Below are positions 63,178-64,000 of a stretch of DNA of 64,000 bases, piece by piece. The DNA comes from an uncultured Collinsella sp. (GTDB taxonomy: Bacteria > Actinomycetota > Coriobacteriia > Coriobacteriales > Coriobacteriaceae). Below the pieces are notes generated by a model. The model made no database searches. It was given only the letters and a program-made list of their open reading frames with translations, and was not told the origin of the DNA. A program made the translations under genes and the position numbers. The stretch covers positions 56,575-120,574 of the forward strand of contig CAUHHV010000002.1 of assembly GCA_959606065.1 (NCBI GenBank). The letters run 5' to 3'. Positions within the stretch are counted from its first letter, which is position 1; each line of letters starts with the position of its first letter.

Positions 63178-63792
63178 TTATTGATTGATGCAGTTGGCCA
63201 CGCGATCAAAATACGAGCAGGCGGCGATATGCTCCGTTATGCGTCGCTGTCCCTTGACGGTATCGACGTCCCACAGCTCGTAGGCACGCGCCTCGACCAG
63301 CACCACGTCGGTACGGTCCTTGAGGATCGAACCGCCGCCGTCCTTACCCTCAAGACACATAAGTGCATCGAACAGTTCCGCCGGAAAGAGCACCGGGCTC
63401 GAAGGCTCACCGTTGCACGCAAGACGCACCGGATGCTTGCGGCCACGCTCGTCAAATGCACGAACCATAGCCTCAAAAGAATCCGAACTCACGAGAGGCT
63501 GGTCGCCCGGCAAAAAGAGGCAACCTTTCCAGTTGCGTTCGACTCCCCACGAAAGGCCCGCACGGACGCTTTCGCTGCGCAGCTCGCCATCGTGCAGCAC
63601 GCACGGGCAATGCTTGTCATCACAAATCTGAGCGACCTCGGGCCAACGCGTCGAAACCACAACGTCAAAGCCCCGGGGAACCGAATCAATGGTCCGGGCA
63701 ATCAGCGGCTCGCCATAGATATCGGCGAGCATCTTGTTAGAGCCAAACCGCTTGCCCTCGCCCGAAGCCATAATGACGCAACCGAGTTTCAT
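63178..63792 (-). CDS. mocA: MobA-like NTP transferase (molybdenum cofactor cytidylyltransferase, MocA/YgfJ-like)
   Basis: N-terminal LGCVIMASGEGKRFGSNKML nucleotidyltransferase motif. Confidence 0.7.
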   Translation of the reverse strand: MKLGCVIMASGEGKRFGSNKMLADIYGEPLIARTIDSVPRGFDVVVSTRWPEVAQICDDKHCPCVLHDGELRSESVRAGLSWGVERNWKGCLFLPGDQPLVSSDSFEAMVRAFDERGRKHPVRLACNGEPSSPVLFPAELFDALMCLEGKDGGGSILKDRTDVVLVEARAYELWDVDTVKGQRRITEHIAACSYFDRVANCINQ

Positions 63793-64000
63793 CTCCGCAA
63801 ACCTCCCCTGGCTGCCTTGGACACCATAGTTGCTATACCCACCATAGCAAGCTCACACTCCGTCGGAACAGGCACGCACTCGTTTTCCAGCGAACGCCTC
63901 TTGGCTCCCCATAGCACAAAGGAGGGCACCCCGCGACGCAGGGCACCCTCCTCAATGGTGCAGATATGCCTACTCAGCGTCGCCGGTAAACGTGGTACCG

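Overview
This window is a high-GC (about 62-65%) chromosomal segment of an actinobacterial-type anaerobe. The gene content and split transketolase suggest a Coriobacteriia-like organism, but that placement is inference only. The window is densely coding and mostly on the minus strand. It carries the gltBD glutamate synthase operon, an NRAMP Mn transporter, a rubredoxin plus flavin reductase pair, smpB, and tRNA-Glu and tRNA-Gln. Next to the tRNAs is a small islet with a serine recombinase, followed by rnr, ftsEX, a split transketolase, prfB, secA and rpmE. An apparently acquired block follows, holding two ABC transporter systems, a DUF2975 and YozG-like pair, and an N-terminally truncated tyrosine integrase. 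After that come citrate synthase, two Cof-type HAD hydrolases, adenine deaminase, tyrS, a U32 peptidase, a class A PBP, argR and truA. The window then contains a long spc/alpha ribosomal-protein cluster running rplE to rplQ, including secY, adk, map, infA and rpoA. It ends with the start of a selenium-dependent molybdenum hydroxylase accessory locus (XdhC/YqeB, EF2563-like, YqeC, hydantoinase, MobA-like). The most unusual content is non-coding. At least four distinct families of intergenic hairpin or palindromic repeats recur through the window, including a tandem three-hairpin array in the mntH leader and a 67-nt element family whose copies show compensatory base changes. There are also two long singleton palindromes, about 130 nt each. 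One has perfect 28-bp terminal inverted repeats. The other sits in the map-infA spacer of the ribosomal operon. ORF-track coordinates were kept as given, and starts were moved only in whole codons. Hand-read coordinates for the RNAs and repeats may be off by 1-2 nt.
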